Shown: positions 43,991 to 58,311, counted from the stretch's first letter. The stretch is DNA of 64,000 nt from the human T2T-CHM13v2.0 reference genome, Homo sapiens (GCF_009914755.1 NC_060935.1), one strand, 5' to 3'. Translations and numbers: made by a program. Notes: generated by a model not told the origin, from the sequence alone.

Positions 43991-44277
43991 CAGGCACGGT
44001 GGCTCATACCTGTAATCCCAGCACTTTGGGAGGCTGAGGCGAGTGGAGTACCTGAGGTCAGGAGCTTGAGACCAGCCTGGCTGACATGGTGAAACCCCAT
44101 CTCTACTAAAAATACAAAAAAATTAGCTGGGCATGGTGGCAGACACCTGTAAATCCCAGCTACTCGGGAGGCTGAGGCTGAACCCGGGAGGTGGAGGTTG
44201 CGGTGAGCTGAGATTGTGCCATTGCATTCCAGCCTGGGCAACAAGAGCAAAGCTCCATCTCAAAAAAAAAAAAAAAA
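43991..44277 (+). mobile_element. AluSq-like with a short right-arm deletion
   Basis: 'gggcaacaagagcaaa'; 'gctgaggctgaacccg' lacks ~12 nt; no clear TSD. Confidence 0.93.
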
Positions 44278-44764
44278 GGCTTTAGTAAAGCTTAATTTTC
44301 TTTTTTATTGCTAAAAGTCCTACCTATTTATACAAAAATTTGGAAGGAAGCATAGAGCCATGTTTAACAGAATGCTTCTTTTACATCTTCCACAATCAAA
44401 TAGTAATTTTATATTTTTTTCAAAATTGCAAAATACTGTAACTTTATGGTCTACTTAACAATCTTCAATTCATCTTCACTTATGAGAAACAACATAGGCA
44501 AAAGTAGGTAGACACCAAAGGAAAGAAACATGTTAAAATATCATTCTTGCACAGGTGAAATGGGCTATCACCCAGACTTTCCTGGACAGCTAACTTTTAA
44601 ATGTTAAGCATTTTCAAAACAATGATTCCAGATATTTGTTAGGTAATTTGGCTACCCCAGCATTTCAGTTCATTTAAGTTTTTTTATTAACTCGCTCATT
44701 TCATTTTCAGAAAGCTTAGTCTAGATATTCAGTGAAAAAGAGCTTCATTAATCTCTTGATAACA

Positions 44765-44930
44765 GGCAGCAAGACAGTACACTAGTACACCAGACCTAGG
44801 AATCAGAAGACCTGAGTTCAGTTTTTATGTCTGACATGATCTGTGTGACCTTGACAAGAGTCTCTCAGACTACAGGTTTCTAATGGTAAAACAGGGAAGC
44901 TAGCAAAAATAATATCTATGTTTTGCCTTA
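44765..44930. mobile_element. MIR SINE
   Basis: 'aatcagaagacctgagttca...tgtgtgaccttgacaag'. Confidence 0.7.
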
Positions 44931-45109
44931 TTCTAAAGCAAAAATTAAAGAAAATTAATCGTTCTGTTCAATCATAAACTGACTTCCTCTGAAAATATTT
45001 ATTGTGTCCTGTTACTTTCAATTTTATTCCAGCACACTTTGATTCCCAGTGTTTTTTATTTCAATCTGGATTAAAGATGCTTTCTGCCTGGAGCTGCTCT
45101 ATTGCAAAT

Positions 45110-45410
45110 ATAATTATATGAATATATATTGTATGTATGTACTATGAATATAATTATATAACATAGAGCTATATATTTTATAAACATTAAATTATAAATC
45201 TAAATATGAATATATTTATCTTTGATAATCTATTAAATATAATAAATCATAATATATAAGTATATTAAATGTTAAATATGATACTTATATTCATATTTAT
45301 ATTTATAATAGATATAATTTGGACATATATTTTATATGTTATAAATATATAATATTTCTAGGTTAATATATAAAAATATGTATTATATATTGTGCATTAC
45401 ATATGTATTT
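45110..45410. repeat. AT-rich low-complexity region
   Basis: Directly visible. Confidence 0.85.
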
Positions 45411-46099
45411 GTGAGTGGAAGAATAGGATCTTTTGTTTTCATTTAAGGTCATACATTTTGCAATATCTTCCAATAGCAAAATCCTTCTGGTTTTATTAGT
45501 CTAATGCTCAATATCTCATGACATATTTTGTTAGTATTACATAAAATATGCAAATAATCTTTTTCTAGCTTTTTAAGTATTAGGTATACTTTTGTCTCAG
45601 GTCCTTGGAACTAAAAACTCCTGTCTCAGTGAAGTCATTGAATATTACATTCAAAGAGAATATTTAACTGATAATCTTCCTTACTCATTAGATATCCTTA
45701 AAATTATCATTGACCATGTACAGTGAACATTAAATATATAATATCTTAGAATCGAATCCCAAGCATATGGAGGGGCAATACATTGAATGTTTTGTGGCTT
45801 GTATTCTGGAATTTAATAAAATATTAATAAAACATATTTTATCAATATCAATTCATTTTCAATGAATATAGTAATTACAAATTTGGTTATAAAAGAAAAC
45901 TGAAAAAGTACAATATATTCTAGTCATTTTTCCTTAGAAAAGCTGAATGCGTATTTTTATTTTTGTACATTTTTTTTTTGGTAGTCAAAAATTTTACTTG
46001 GTGCTCCTGGAAGCAGTGCTGGGTTTGAAGTCAGAAACATAGGAATACTGAAAACACCAATATTCACTTGGAGACCAATCTTGCTTTGTTCAATTCTGT

Positions 46100-46623
46100 T
46101 TGGAATAATTCTACAGAACCCCAAATTCAAACTAGGGTACCCTATGTGCAGTTGATGCCAGACAGTGACACACAGGTGCTTAGCGTTAGACAAAAATCTA
46201 TTTGGTCAAGCTGAGAAGGCGGAAAAACAAGATCTCTTGAATTATCTTTAAAAAATGAAAGTGGGGAATTTTTATATAGCTAGTGAGTAAAGGAGGGGGA
46301 ATCTCAGGGAACCGAGGAGAAAGTCTGTTTCTTCAATCTCAGATAACACATTGAACAATCAGACTTCTGGGCATGAGCAGGTGGTTGACTTCCGTAAAGA
46401 TATTCATTCTTTCTGCAAATGTTTTTTATAACACTGAAGTTATATCCTGCTGCCTGACAAAGAACAGTCAATCAGCAGTTTATCATCATATTGTGGGAAA
46501 AAGGGATGTTGGACAAAAAGAGAGTGGTTAACATGTCAAAGTGGGCAAGGGCCTAATCAGAATTTTCATTATGTAAATGACTAATAATTCTGGGGTACTG
46601 AAATCTCAAGGGGCCTAGTTACA
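46100..46623 (-). mobile_element. Probable old ERV solo LTR, family unassigned
   Basis: GC-richer block ending in 'gttaca', with antisense polyA-like and TATA-like motifs. Confidence 0.45.
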
Positions 46624-46784
46624 ATAATATATTGTTTAATGTGAAAATATAATTTTCATAGTATGACACTGATAAGGCCTAACACTCAACATGAAGAGTA
46701 CATAAACTTTTATTCTATTTAGTCATTTATCAGTTTAATTTCCATTACGTAACCAGATTCTTCATGCAATATCATTTCTTAAGT

Positions 46785-47100
46785 ACAGTTGTTTGGTCCC
46801 AGGGCCTCCCTCAGACACCAAAATTTGAGGATATACTTGTTCTTGATATAAAATAGGCCAGTATTTGCATATAACTTATGCACATCCTTCCTTGTACTTT
46901 AAATCATCTATAGATTATTTGTAATAACTAATACTATGTAAATGCTGTGTAAATAGTTATCATGTTGTATTGTTATGGAATAATGACAAGAAAAAGGTCT
47001 ATATATGTTCAGTACAGAGACAATTTTTTACTTGAATATTTTTGTTCCAGAGTTGATTGAACCACAGATGTGGAATCCACAGGTTTGGAGGGCCAACTTT
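46785..47100. mobile_element. MER2 (Tigger MITE)
   Basis: 'gtatttgcatataacttatgcacatcc...cacagatgtggaatccacagg..ggagggccaact'; TA on both flanks. Confidence 0.88.
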
Positions 47101-47457
47101 ATACTCTCCGTTGATAGAACTGTGTGAAGTTGTATATTTAAAAAGTAATCCTATGGTTATTTATGTATAAAAATTTATTGAGTAGACTTTGAATTTAATC
47201 TTTTTTTCTCTCAGAAGAATAACATGTCATTATGTTTATTTTCTAGAAAAACTCTCTTTTTCTCTTCCTTCTTGTTTAATATTTAAATGGTATATGTTAC
47301 TCCCATTCTTCAACATATTTTAATATTAATTTATCAGTGGTAGTTTAAATAATTTTTTCATCTTTGAATATCCATAATTTATAAGTGTCTGCTACATGGC
47401 AGGTAATCAATAATGTGTCTTAATAATAAATTTATATATTTATATGCATAGTCTGAA

Positions 47458-47806
47458 AAATATGGATGTAATTTTTCCCTCTAAAATGCATCTATTGAAG
47501 CACTATGTGACTGTATTTAGAGATAGGGCTTTTGAGAGGAATTAAGTTTAAATGAGGTCATAAGGACAAGGTCCTAATGCAGTAGAATTGATGTCCCTAT
47601 GAAAAGAGGAAGAGAGAGAGATTTCCCTCAGTCACTTTGTGAGGACACAGTGAGAAGCCTGTCTGAAAACTGGAAGAAAGTCACCAGAAACCGACCATGC
47701 TGGCACCCTAATATCAGACTTCCAGACTCCAGAACTGAAAAAAAAAATTCTATTGTTTAAGCCACCCAGTCTATGGTATTTTATTTCGGCAGCCTGAGCT
47801 AATTAT
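47458..47806 (+). mobile_element. MLT1A-type solo LTR
   Basis: 'aaatgaggtcataagg...gacttccagactccagaactg...aagccacccagtctatggtattt'. Confidence 0.85.
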
Positions 47807-47978
47807 ATATATGTAATTTTGGTGAAATATATTTTATTATAACGTTGTGAGTATTGATTGTGGAAATGATAAAAACGTAAACATTGAAATAAGAGAAAAA
47901 TATCATTCATGTCTTCTGTAACTCTCAATGATGAGTAACATGTTTGGCTATTCATTTCAGATATTTTTTCTATGTGCA

Positions 47979-48323
<345 letters not shown>

Positions 48324-48439
48324 CTATGTGAATTTTGAAGTTCTTGAGACAATACTTCATATAAAATTTAGTATCCATATCTTTTTAACTTAATCTTAGG
48401 ATAGAAACTTCTCTCTTATTTCAGCAAAGTCTTAATAAA

Positions 48440-49830
48440 TAGTTTTAACTCATCTTTTATTTTTAAAGAAAAAATGTTTATAATGTTTACAAGTGAATAC
48501 TGTAAAGAATAAAGAGGTTAACTCATCTTTTCCTCCCCATTAAGTCTGCCTCACTTCTAGAGGTAACCACTCTAATTTCTTACACATTTTTCCCCAAATT
48601 TTGTTCATTTTCTAGAAACAAACTTTAGCACACTTTGATCAAAACTAGGTATATTCCCCTTAAATTTGCTTACTCACTTAAACATTATTCTTTCTTTTCT
48701 CTCCTTGTTTTCCTTGTGCTCTTCATTTTCCTTTTTTTTTTTTGCTTCTAATTTCTGTCACTTCCTAGAAATAAATTTACTTCTGTGTTGTACATTTTGT
48801 CAAGAGTCTGATTTTGTTGAAATTGTGATGTTTAAATTTCTTACCAGTAAAATTGATGCTGAAATGGCCATCACTGCATATGTATTTTTGGCTTTTTTAT
48901 TGATTTTATTTGTGAGATACATTGCCAGGAGAGAAACTGCTGAGTCAGAGGATATGCAGTATGTTTTAATTAATGTTGCACAATTGTGTTCCCAAACTAT
49001 TGCACAAATGTACACATCTGCCAAGCTGTTTTCCTTCAACTCTGACAGCACAGAGAAATAAGAGTCTGCTCTTCGATAGATTATTCAATTATATATTTTA
49101 CTTGCATGTCTTTAATTGAAGTAAATTAAATAGATGCTCATACATTTGTATCAATTCTGATTCCTTTTCCTGTGGAATGGCAAGCATTTTTTTTCATTTT
49201 TCCTTGCCCAATAGTCTAAATAATTGTTTATATTATTCGTAACATTTTTGATACCAACAAAATTTGTCTTAAAATTCTTCTATTTATCTTCTTTTAATTT
49301 TTAGTCTTTTTTTATATTTACAAATATCTATATGGTTAAAAATTATTTATCTTATACTTTTGATACTAGTAAGTTTAATTACCTTTAGAGAAAGTATTTC
49401 TACCACAAGATTATTTAAAAATATACCCTTCTATTATGTTAAGCTTTGTTTTTATTGTATTTAACACATTGACACTATTGTAATCAATTTTGGTTTATGT
49501 AAAAGAGAATGCCAAATTTATACCTTATAGAAATGGCTAAAATATTGTGCAAGCATCATTCACTGAATAATCCAGCACTTCCTCACTGTTTTGAGAGCAT
49601 CTCTTTATCACATATGGAATTCTAACAAATGTGGGGTTTCCATATTTTTTCTATTATATTTTGTTGAACTATTATTGTCCACATATAAAATGGAATTTTA
49701 AAAACATTTTATTATTAAAAACTAGTTTCTTCTCTTTATTAACCAGATTAAATGCTTTTTTCAGACTTATTTTTAAAATAATTTTCATTCTGCTGATAAT
49801 TTGCTTAATATTTTACTGAATTAATAAATG
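48440..49830 (-). mobile_element. L1ME-like fragments
   Basis: 'ctagaggtaaccactcta', 'gagaaactgctgagtcagagg' and 'caagcatcattcactgaataatcc'. Confidence 0.6.
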
Positions 49831-49879
49831 TATTTAAGTAATAGAAATAACATAGAGATTCTACCTACACAAGAAAACA

Positions 49880-51990
49880 AGAAGTCCTATCCAGAGAAAT
49901 CAGTCAAAAGAAAGAAGTAAAAGGCACCAAACTAAGAAAAGAAGTCAAACTATCTCTCCTCACTGACAATGTGATGGTATACATAGAGAAGCCTAAAGCA
50001 AACTTACCTAACATGTGGCCCAGGAGGGCTTTGAATATGTCCCAACACAAATTTGTAAACTTTCTTAAAACATTGTGAGGTTTTTTTTTTTTTGCAATTT
50101 CTTTTTAGCTCATCAGTTATTGTTAATGTTAGTGTATTTTATGTGTGGCCCAAGACAATTCTTTTTCCAATGTGGCCCAAAGAAGCCAAAAGATTGGACC
50201 CCCATGCCCTAAAGACCCTGTCAAAAAGCTCCTGAAACTGAGAATTGGCTTCAATAAACTTTCAGGATACAAAATCAATGTACAAAAATGAGTAGTATTT
50301 CCATACACCAATAACATTTAAGCTGGGAGCCAAATAAGGGACATAATACCATTTACAAAAGCCTCAAAAAATTAGGAATACATCTAATCAAAGAGGTGAA
50401 AGATCTCTACGAGGAGAATTGCAAAACACAGCTGAAAGAAATCAGAGATGACACAAACAAATAGAAAAACTTTCCATGCTCAATGATTGGAAGAATCAAT
50501 ATCATTAGAATAACCATACTGCCCAAAGCCATCTACAGTTTCAACACTATACCTTCAAACTACCAATATAACTTTTCATAGAATTAGAAAAATATGTTCT
50601 AAAATTCATATGGGACTGAAAAAGAGCCCAAGCAGCCAACAAGATCCTAAGCAAAAATAAAAAATCTGGAGGCATCACATTACCCAACTTCAAACTTACT
50701 ATAAGACTACAATAACGAAAACAGCATGGCACTTAGACATGTAGACCAATGGAGCAGAATGAAGAACTTAGAAATAAAGCTGAACCATCTGCTCTTCAAC
50801 CAAATCAGCAAAAATAAGCAATGGGCAAATGACTCTCTATCCAATAAATTGTGCTGAGATAACTGGCTAACCATATGCAGAAGAATGAAATTGGACCCCT
50901 GCTATTTCACCCTATAAGACAAGTAACCCAAAACGGATTAAAGACTTAAATATAAGTCCTCAAGCTCTACAAGTCCTAGAAGAAAATCTTGGAAATACCC
51001 TTCTCATCCTCAGCTTTGGCAAATAATTTATGGCTAAGTCCCCAAAAGCAATTGCAACAAAAACAAAAATTGACAAGTGGAACCTAAACAATCTAAAGAG
51101 CTTCTGCACAGCAAAAGAAATTATTCAAAGAGTAAACAGACAGCCTACAGTATGGGAGAAAATATTCATAAACTGCATTGGACAAAAGCCTAATATTCAG
51201 AATCTACAAGGAAGTTAAGAAAATGAACAAGAAAAAAAACAAATAATCCAATTAAATAATAGGCAAAGACACAAACAGACACTTCTCAACAGAAAACACA
51301 CATGTGGACAACAAACATATCAAAAAATGCTCAACATACTAATAATCTGAGAAATGCAAATCAAAACCACAATGAGATAGACTATCTCTCCTGTGAGAAT
51401 GACAGAGTTGCATAGAAAAGGGAAGGCTTATACACTGTTGGTGTGAATGCAAATTAGTTCAGCCACTGGGGAAAGCAGTTCAGACATTTCTCAAAGAACT
51501 TAAAGCAGAACTAATACTTGACCCAGCATTCTCATTACTGGTTGTATACCATAAGGATAATAAATTGTTCTATCAAAAAGACACATGCATTTGTATGTTC
51601 ACTGCAGCACTATACACAATACCAAAGATACAGAATCAACCTGGGTGCCCATGCACAGTGAATTGGATAAAGAAAATATGGTACATATGCACCATGGAAT
51701 ACTATGCAACCATAAAAAACAATAACCTGTCCTTTGCAGCACCATGAATGCAGCTGGAGGTCATTATTCTAAGTGAATTAAAATAGGAACAGAAAACCAA
51801 ATACCATATATTCTCACCTATAATTGGGAGCCAAATATCGAATACACATAAAGATGGAAAAAATAGACACTGCAGAGTGCTGTCAGGGGGTTAGGAATGG
51901 GCTAAAAAGCTACCTATTTGGTACTATGCTCACTACCTGGATAATGGGACCATCCATACCCCAAACCTCAGCATCATTGCATATACCTGG
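49880..51990 (+). mobile_element. 5'-truncated L1 (L1PA15-16/L1PB4-like): ORF2 3' half and 3' UTR
   Basis: ORF fragments [13 protein letters not shown]...KSFCTAKE and WIKKIWYICTMEYYA; 3' UTR 'ctacctatttggtactatgctcactacctgg'. Confidence 0.92.
49999..50206 (-). mobile_element. MER30 (hAT-Charlie) inserted in L1
   Basis: MER30 sequence; 8-bp TSD (G/C)CCTAAAG at 49991 and 50207. Confidence 0.92.
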
Positions 51991-53443
51991 CTGACATATC
52001 TCAATTCTCTTAAACGTTTTCTACTAATATTCATATTATTTTAATATTTTCTTTATATGTGAAATTTTTATTTTTGTGTATAGAAGTTTGAATTTGAAAT
52101 TATGGAGAGAAAACAACAAGCTACCCAAAGATATCTTGATTTTAGACACAGGTTCAAGTTGGGATAAGGAAAATATTTATTGTTTACTTGTTTTTTTAAT
52201 GAAATTGTCCATTTCTATTGGTCAACCGTTGCTTTTGGTTGTTTATATGTGGAGTTGCTATTCAATATTAAATCTCTTTAAAGCAGAGGCATTAAAGCAA
52301 TCTCAAAGCTCCTTTTCTTTACCTCAGCTGATTTTTCTACTTGAAATAAGACTGAGCTTGAGTCTTATGTTGAGAATAAAATTTGAATAATTTGTTAATG
52401 AAGTTAGACCAGATATTCTGATTGACAAACTAATTAAATAGAACTGTGTCTTAGAATTGTAAAATCCCGCTCATCTACTTCAGCAAATGTCTTTATTTTT
52501 AAAATGAATCTAATCATTTTCTCTGATAAAATGAAATATGCAAATGATTTATAAAGAATCCAGAACCAAACAAATTATAAATAATATTATTTAATAGAAG
52601 AGCTTTGTCACATGTAATCATTGTCCAAAGGCCAATGTAAAATGCTTATTTAAATGTAGACTTTGAAGTGAAACCGCCCTTGTTTTGAGTCTTCTAGGTG
52701 ATCTTGTATAAACTACCTTGCCAATTAAACCAATTGTTTTCATATTTAAGATGGGGCTAATACCTCAAATCAAATGATCGTTGAGTAAAAAAATGATGCC
52801 AAAACAACATAGTATTTGGCACGTAAGAATATCCTTGTTGTATATACATTATTGACTGACTAAATAAAAGTTATTTCTCCAATCTTGTTAAAATCTACAA
52901 GACTAAGAATTGACTGTTAGATTTCTAAATTACACACATATTATATATTCTTAAATTATGAACTTTTCTTATAAAGGTTAAACCACTTTACCATATTAAA
53001 TTGCTCTCTGTCTTTTGTGACCAAATTAATTCTTCATTTAAGATTCTTTTTTCAAAGAAATTTACAACAAAGACTCTAATTGGCCTCCATGGATGCTGTT
53101 TTCATTGCAGGAATAGTTCAATGGGTACACAACAGAGGCTTCTATTGTTTGTCTATGCTTCATTTTGTTTAGGTTTTATTTTTGTGGGGTTTTTTTGGTT
53201 TGTTTTTGGGGGGTTTTTGTTTGTTTCTTTGGTATAGATCAGTGTAAGAAGAGCCACATTTCCTGAACTTTAGATTCATCTTATTATACTTTTTTTTTTT
53301 GCAAATCTTAGTGACTATTAAAGGTCTTTAATGTCATTAATGACTGTAAGACATCACAGAAATTGAAAATTAGTGAAGAATTATTGCTTCAATTCAGCTT
53401 TCAAAAAATACGTGACAAGCTTTTCTCCCCTTTTAGTTATCAG

Positions 53444-53445
<2 letters not shown>

Positions 53446-53488
<43 letters not shown>
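53446..53488. repeat. (CA)n microsatellite, ~21 units
   Basis: Directly visible. Confidence 0.95.
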
Positions 53489-53489
<1 letters not shown>

Positions 53490-53520
53490 TCCATTTTGTA
53501 TACACAAAGTTTATTGATAG

Positions 53521-53878
<358 letters not shown>

Positions 53879-54369
53879 TAATGTGGATCACTTGCACTTG
53901 TAATTCAAAGACGTGTCACATATTAAATATTGTGCAATTCAGTTTTGGATAAGTATTGAATTCACTCTTATACTTACATAATGCCGGGAGGAATTTATAT
54001 CATTTTATATTAAAATACATAATGAGTCCAACATGTTCTTGTTTACTGAGGCAAAACTCCCACTGAAGTCTTGGGGCTCTTCGGAAGTTATTGCAAATTT
54101 ACCAGTAAGAGTGTGTGGTGAAATTAGGCTCCCTAAGCAAAATGTGTTAATAATCATGATAAATGAGTTGAAATTATAATTATTTATTTAAGTTTACTTA
54201 ATAAAAGCAAAACTTCAAGGAAAATAATACACAACTATTGTGTGCATTTAGGATAAGCATTTTCATTCAATCTTTTAAATAGCCGTAGGTATTGTTAGAA
54301 GCAGCTCACTAAATGACTTGGCCAAGATCAAATAATGAGTAACTTACAGAATCACAGAATTGTGATTTT

Positions 54370-54725
54370 TTTTCTTAAATTGTTTTTTAGAGACAAGCAG
54401 TCTGTTTGTCACTTGTTTTTTAGAGACAAACAAGCAGAGAAACAATCGTTTTCTGTCACCTAGGCTGGAGTTCAGTGGCAGGATCATAGCTCACTGCAGC
54501 CTTAAACTCCTGGGCTCAAGCAATCTTCTTGTCTCATTCTACCCGAGTAGCTGTAATTATTGTGGCTATATATGATATTTCTATGTTATTCTCTGAGCAC
54601 TTTCTTCCTTATATATATTAATATATTATATTCAGAATTTTTATATTCAGAGGCAAAAAATGGAGTAAATAATTTTTTAAATGTATTTAGACATGTCTTG
54701 CCATGTTGCCCAGGATAGTCTGGGT
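54370..54725 (-). mobile_element. Rearranged, 5'-truncated AluJ inserted in a MIR
   Basis: 'gatcatagctcactgcagccttaaactcctgggctcaagc'; TSD AGAA(T/C)TGTGATTTT at 54356 and 54726. Confidence 0.85.
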
Positions 54726-56029
54726 AGAACTGTGATTTTAACTTAGAATCTTCTTTTTCAAATTTCCAGATTTATTTACTCTATTTTTGTCTCTGAATAC
54801 AACATAATGTTATATGCATATAAGAAAGTGCTTAGAGAACAACACAGAAAAAAAATTGTAGTCCATCATAATTACAAATGCATAAATAGATTCTCACACT
54901 TTTAAATGAGTCATGTTGTCTTATTATCTCCTGATCTGCATGCTCTTATTTGTAGACAACTGGTCTGAGTCTTTCTTCCTGGGAAATGATTACCTTAATC
55001 ATAAAGAAACCCTGCTGGATGGGCAATCTTATTTATATACCTTTTCTCCTCTGTTTCCATGGGAATCTCACCTGTCTCTCATCTCCAGAAATCCCCAAAC
55101 AGTATTAGAAGCCAATTGAGTTCCTCCAACTCTGATTATTCCTCCTAAGGGCGTCTGAACCAACTATTCTTTGCTTTGAATCCCACATCTTGCCTTTGGC
55201 AAAGTCTTGTTTGTGAGAGTAGATTTATTTCTTCTGCATCTTTGACTCCGCTTTCTCTACTGACTCTTTTATCTCTTCATATGAACATATTCATTTTATT
55301 TTTTTCTCCAGCTTAAAATAAAAAAACTTTTATATTAACTTATGCTTATATTTACTTCATTCATCTCAAAATCATGCTACAGAGATCAAAGATTTTCTTC
55401 TCATACTCATATTTTTAGCACACATTCAATCACCAATTTACTTTAAGTTAGCTGTTACTGTTCTCTTGGTTTTGAAATTTTACATAACCATTAAACTCCT
55501 AATTGTTAAATTCATTGAATGTCTCATTTTCTCGAGCTCTGATGTATCTGATGCTGATGAGCACTCTTTATTTTAGCATACTATTTTATGAATAGTCACA
55601 CATGTTAAATTATTTTTTTTCCTTGAAGGAAAATAACCATTTTACATGACTATGTACCAGAAACATTGTTGGCTATTTTTTTTTTTCCCTCAGAATATCT
55701 CCTCGGCACTGGAATCATTAGTCCTTTTTTGCACTGTGGACCAATGTCTTTTTCTTGAAATCCACTTTCTCACTAGTTACCTCTTATATTTTGGTTTTGG
55801 GGTCCTAGCCTGCATCCATACTTCTTTGTATCTACCCTGCTCTCCCTTCCCAACTGGACTTGGGAATTTAACATGCATCTTTTTATGGGTTTGATACAAA
55901 TTTATCCTTTAAATACATTTACCTTGTATGATGATTGCAGCACTGCAGAGTGAAATACAATCACCAATTCTGCCCTTTTGTAATGTTCCCAAAGACCAGG
56001 GCCAGGCCTGTTTGGGTGTACAACACTTT

Positions 56030-56215
56030 TTTTTCTTTTAAAAGTAGCTATATTGAGATATAATTCATGTATCATACAATTCACCCAATTAGATTGTCCT
56101 ATCCAATGGTTTTTAGAATTTTCACAGAGTCGTGCAACAATCATCCAAATTGATTTTAGTACATTTTCATCATCTAAAAAGAAACTCCATAAACGGTAGT
56201 GGTCATTCCCCTTTC
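56030..56215 (-). mobile_element. L1MB 3' terminal fragment
   Basis: 'tattgagatataattcatgtatcatacaattcaccca...ttcacagagtcgtgcaac'. Confidence 0.85.
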
Positions 56216-56715
56216 CTTTCAATGATAAGGAAACAACAATACTCTGCACAAAATCAAAAGCAGCAGCAGCAACAACGACAATAGCAATGAACATGGATGA
56301 TGAGCTAAGGTGAGGTAACATGGTTTTCTAAGTTCTTAAGATAGTGTGGTTCACAATTTCCTCAGATTGAGTAACTTAAGTTTACTTCTGTTCTGGCTGC
56401 TCTATGAAATGTGAATTGTATGAAGGCACTGCAAGTTGCTTCTGCAAATCATCTCTTAAAAACACTTTGATTTCTGCATTGCCTGCTTTCATCAGGCAAC
56501 ACTTTTTTCTAGCTTGCTTTCCTGTAGGTATGATCATATTTATATACAATTTTGGTGTATCTGATTCTCCATTTAAATATACAATCCAATGAGAAGTGAG
56601 AAATCATGGTAGAAGACAAAGTTTACTTTTTAATAATTTAAGATGTGCAAAGTAGCAAATATATTCTCTTTAGTGCTTTTTTTTTAGAGTTCAAAACTAT
56701 ATGTGGATGCAGATC

Positions 56716-57079
56716 TGTATTAGCCCATTCTCAGGCTGCTATAAAAAACAGCCCAAGACTGGGTAATTTATAAAGCAAAGATGATTAACTGACTAACAGT
56801 GCTGCATGTCTGGGGAAGTCTCAGGAAACTTACAATCATGGCAGAAGGAACCTCTTCACAGGCTGGCAGGAGAGAGAACGAGTGCTGAGCAAAAGGGGAA
56901 AAGCCCCTTACAAAACCATCAGATCTCATGAGAACTCACTCACTATCATGAGAACAGCATGATGGTAACCACCCCCATGATTCAGTTACCTCCCACGGGG
57001 TCCCTCCCAGAACATGTGGGAATTATGGGAACTACAATTCAAGATGACATTTGTATGGGGACACTGTCAAACCATATCA
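56716..57079 (-). mobile_element. THE1D-like solo LTR
   Basis: 'tgtattagccc...tcaggaaacttacaatcatggcagaagg...aaaccatatca'. Confidence 0.9.
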
Positions 57080-57719
57080 ATATGTATACATGTATGGATG
57101 CAAATTCGTGTGCCTATGCATTGATTGCCAGTTGTTCATGGGCAATCTTTGTTCAAATATTATTCTTGCAAACTTTATTTTGATCACTTTTATTATCAGA
57201 TTATATGTCCCTTGGTCAAGTTCAGAAGTAAATCTTTATAGCTTGACTCAAAATAGTACTTTTTCTCTCCCCTACTCCTTTTCCTTCTTCTGCTCATTCA
57301 CTGCCTTTTTCTCTCCAGTGGAGAGATTCAGTGGAGATTCCTCTGGTGTGATTGTTTATCAGACAGAATGGAATTAAAAAGAAATTCAGAAATTTTGGTT
57401 AGCAGGCATTATAATTTGTTAAATTCTCTATTTGTTTTTATGTATACGTATATTGTTTATTTATCTGTATGCAATAATGGCTAATTAGAGTTTTTGGGTC
57501 GGTCTAGGAAGCTAGCCACTTTTTCACTGGTGCTCATGTTGGGAAAATAACTGAGAAGCTCCCAATAACCGTTAACCTTTGGAACTTTCTCCTGTGAATC
57601 AGCATACATTGTTCTTTTATATGGAAGGCAAAATGTCTTGTGCTTAGGAACACTAGATTCCTTTCATTTTTTAGGACTTCTCAGTGCCACATTTATTTTG
57701 TTGACTCCATTCTTGCTTA

Positions 57720-58311
57720 CCAAAACTGCGGCCTGGAGTTTTATTACTCACATTAGTCTCTCCCAGTATTCAGAGACTGTGGTTACTTAGGGGTAATTTG
57801 GCTGGTAAGGGGCTAGAGAGTGGGGAGTACTGATTAGTCAGGTCAGAAATGAAATCATAAGGGGTTGAAGTGGGTTCTTCTTGCTGTCTTCTGTTCCTAG
57901 GTGGGACTGCAAAACTGGTTAAGCCAGATTACAGGTCTGGGTAGTGACAGCTGTTCCATTAGGATACAGGATCTGAAAAATATCTCGAACACCAATCTTA
58001 GGTTTTGCAACAGTGATGTCATCTCTAGAAGCAATTGAGGAGGTTGGGAATCTTGTGGACTCTGGCTACATGACTCCTAAACCAGAATTTCTAATCTTGT
58101 GCTAATTTGTTAGTTGCATAAAGGCAATGTGGTCCCCAAGAAAAAAGGGGGTTTGTTTTCATAAAGAGCTGTTATTTTTATTTTAAAGGTAAACTATAAA
58201 CTAGATTCCAACTATAGTTAGCTCAGACTATGCCCAGGAATGAACAAAGTTAGCTGGTTAGGTCAGATCTTTTTCACTGTCATAATTTTCTTACTTGCAA
58301 AGGCAGCTTCA
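57720..58311 (-). mobile_element. LTR8-family (ERV1) solo LTR
   Basis: 'gttcttcttgctgtcttctgttcct...cactgtcataattt...tgcaaaggcagcttca'. Confidence 0.8.

Noticed and set aside
48666-49061. 131-aa hydrophobic ORF
   Set aside because: T-rich antisense L1ME sequence with a non-ATG start
55902-56321. 139-aa ORF
   Set aside because: Runs through an L1MB 3' UTR fragment and a short CAG/CAA run; no recognisable domain
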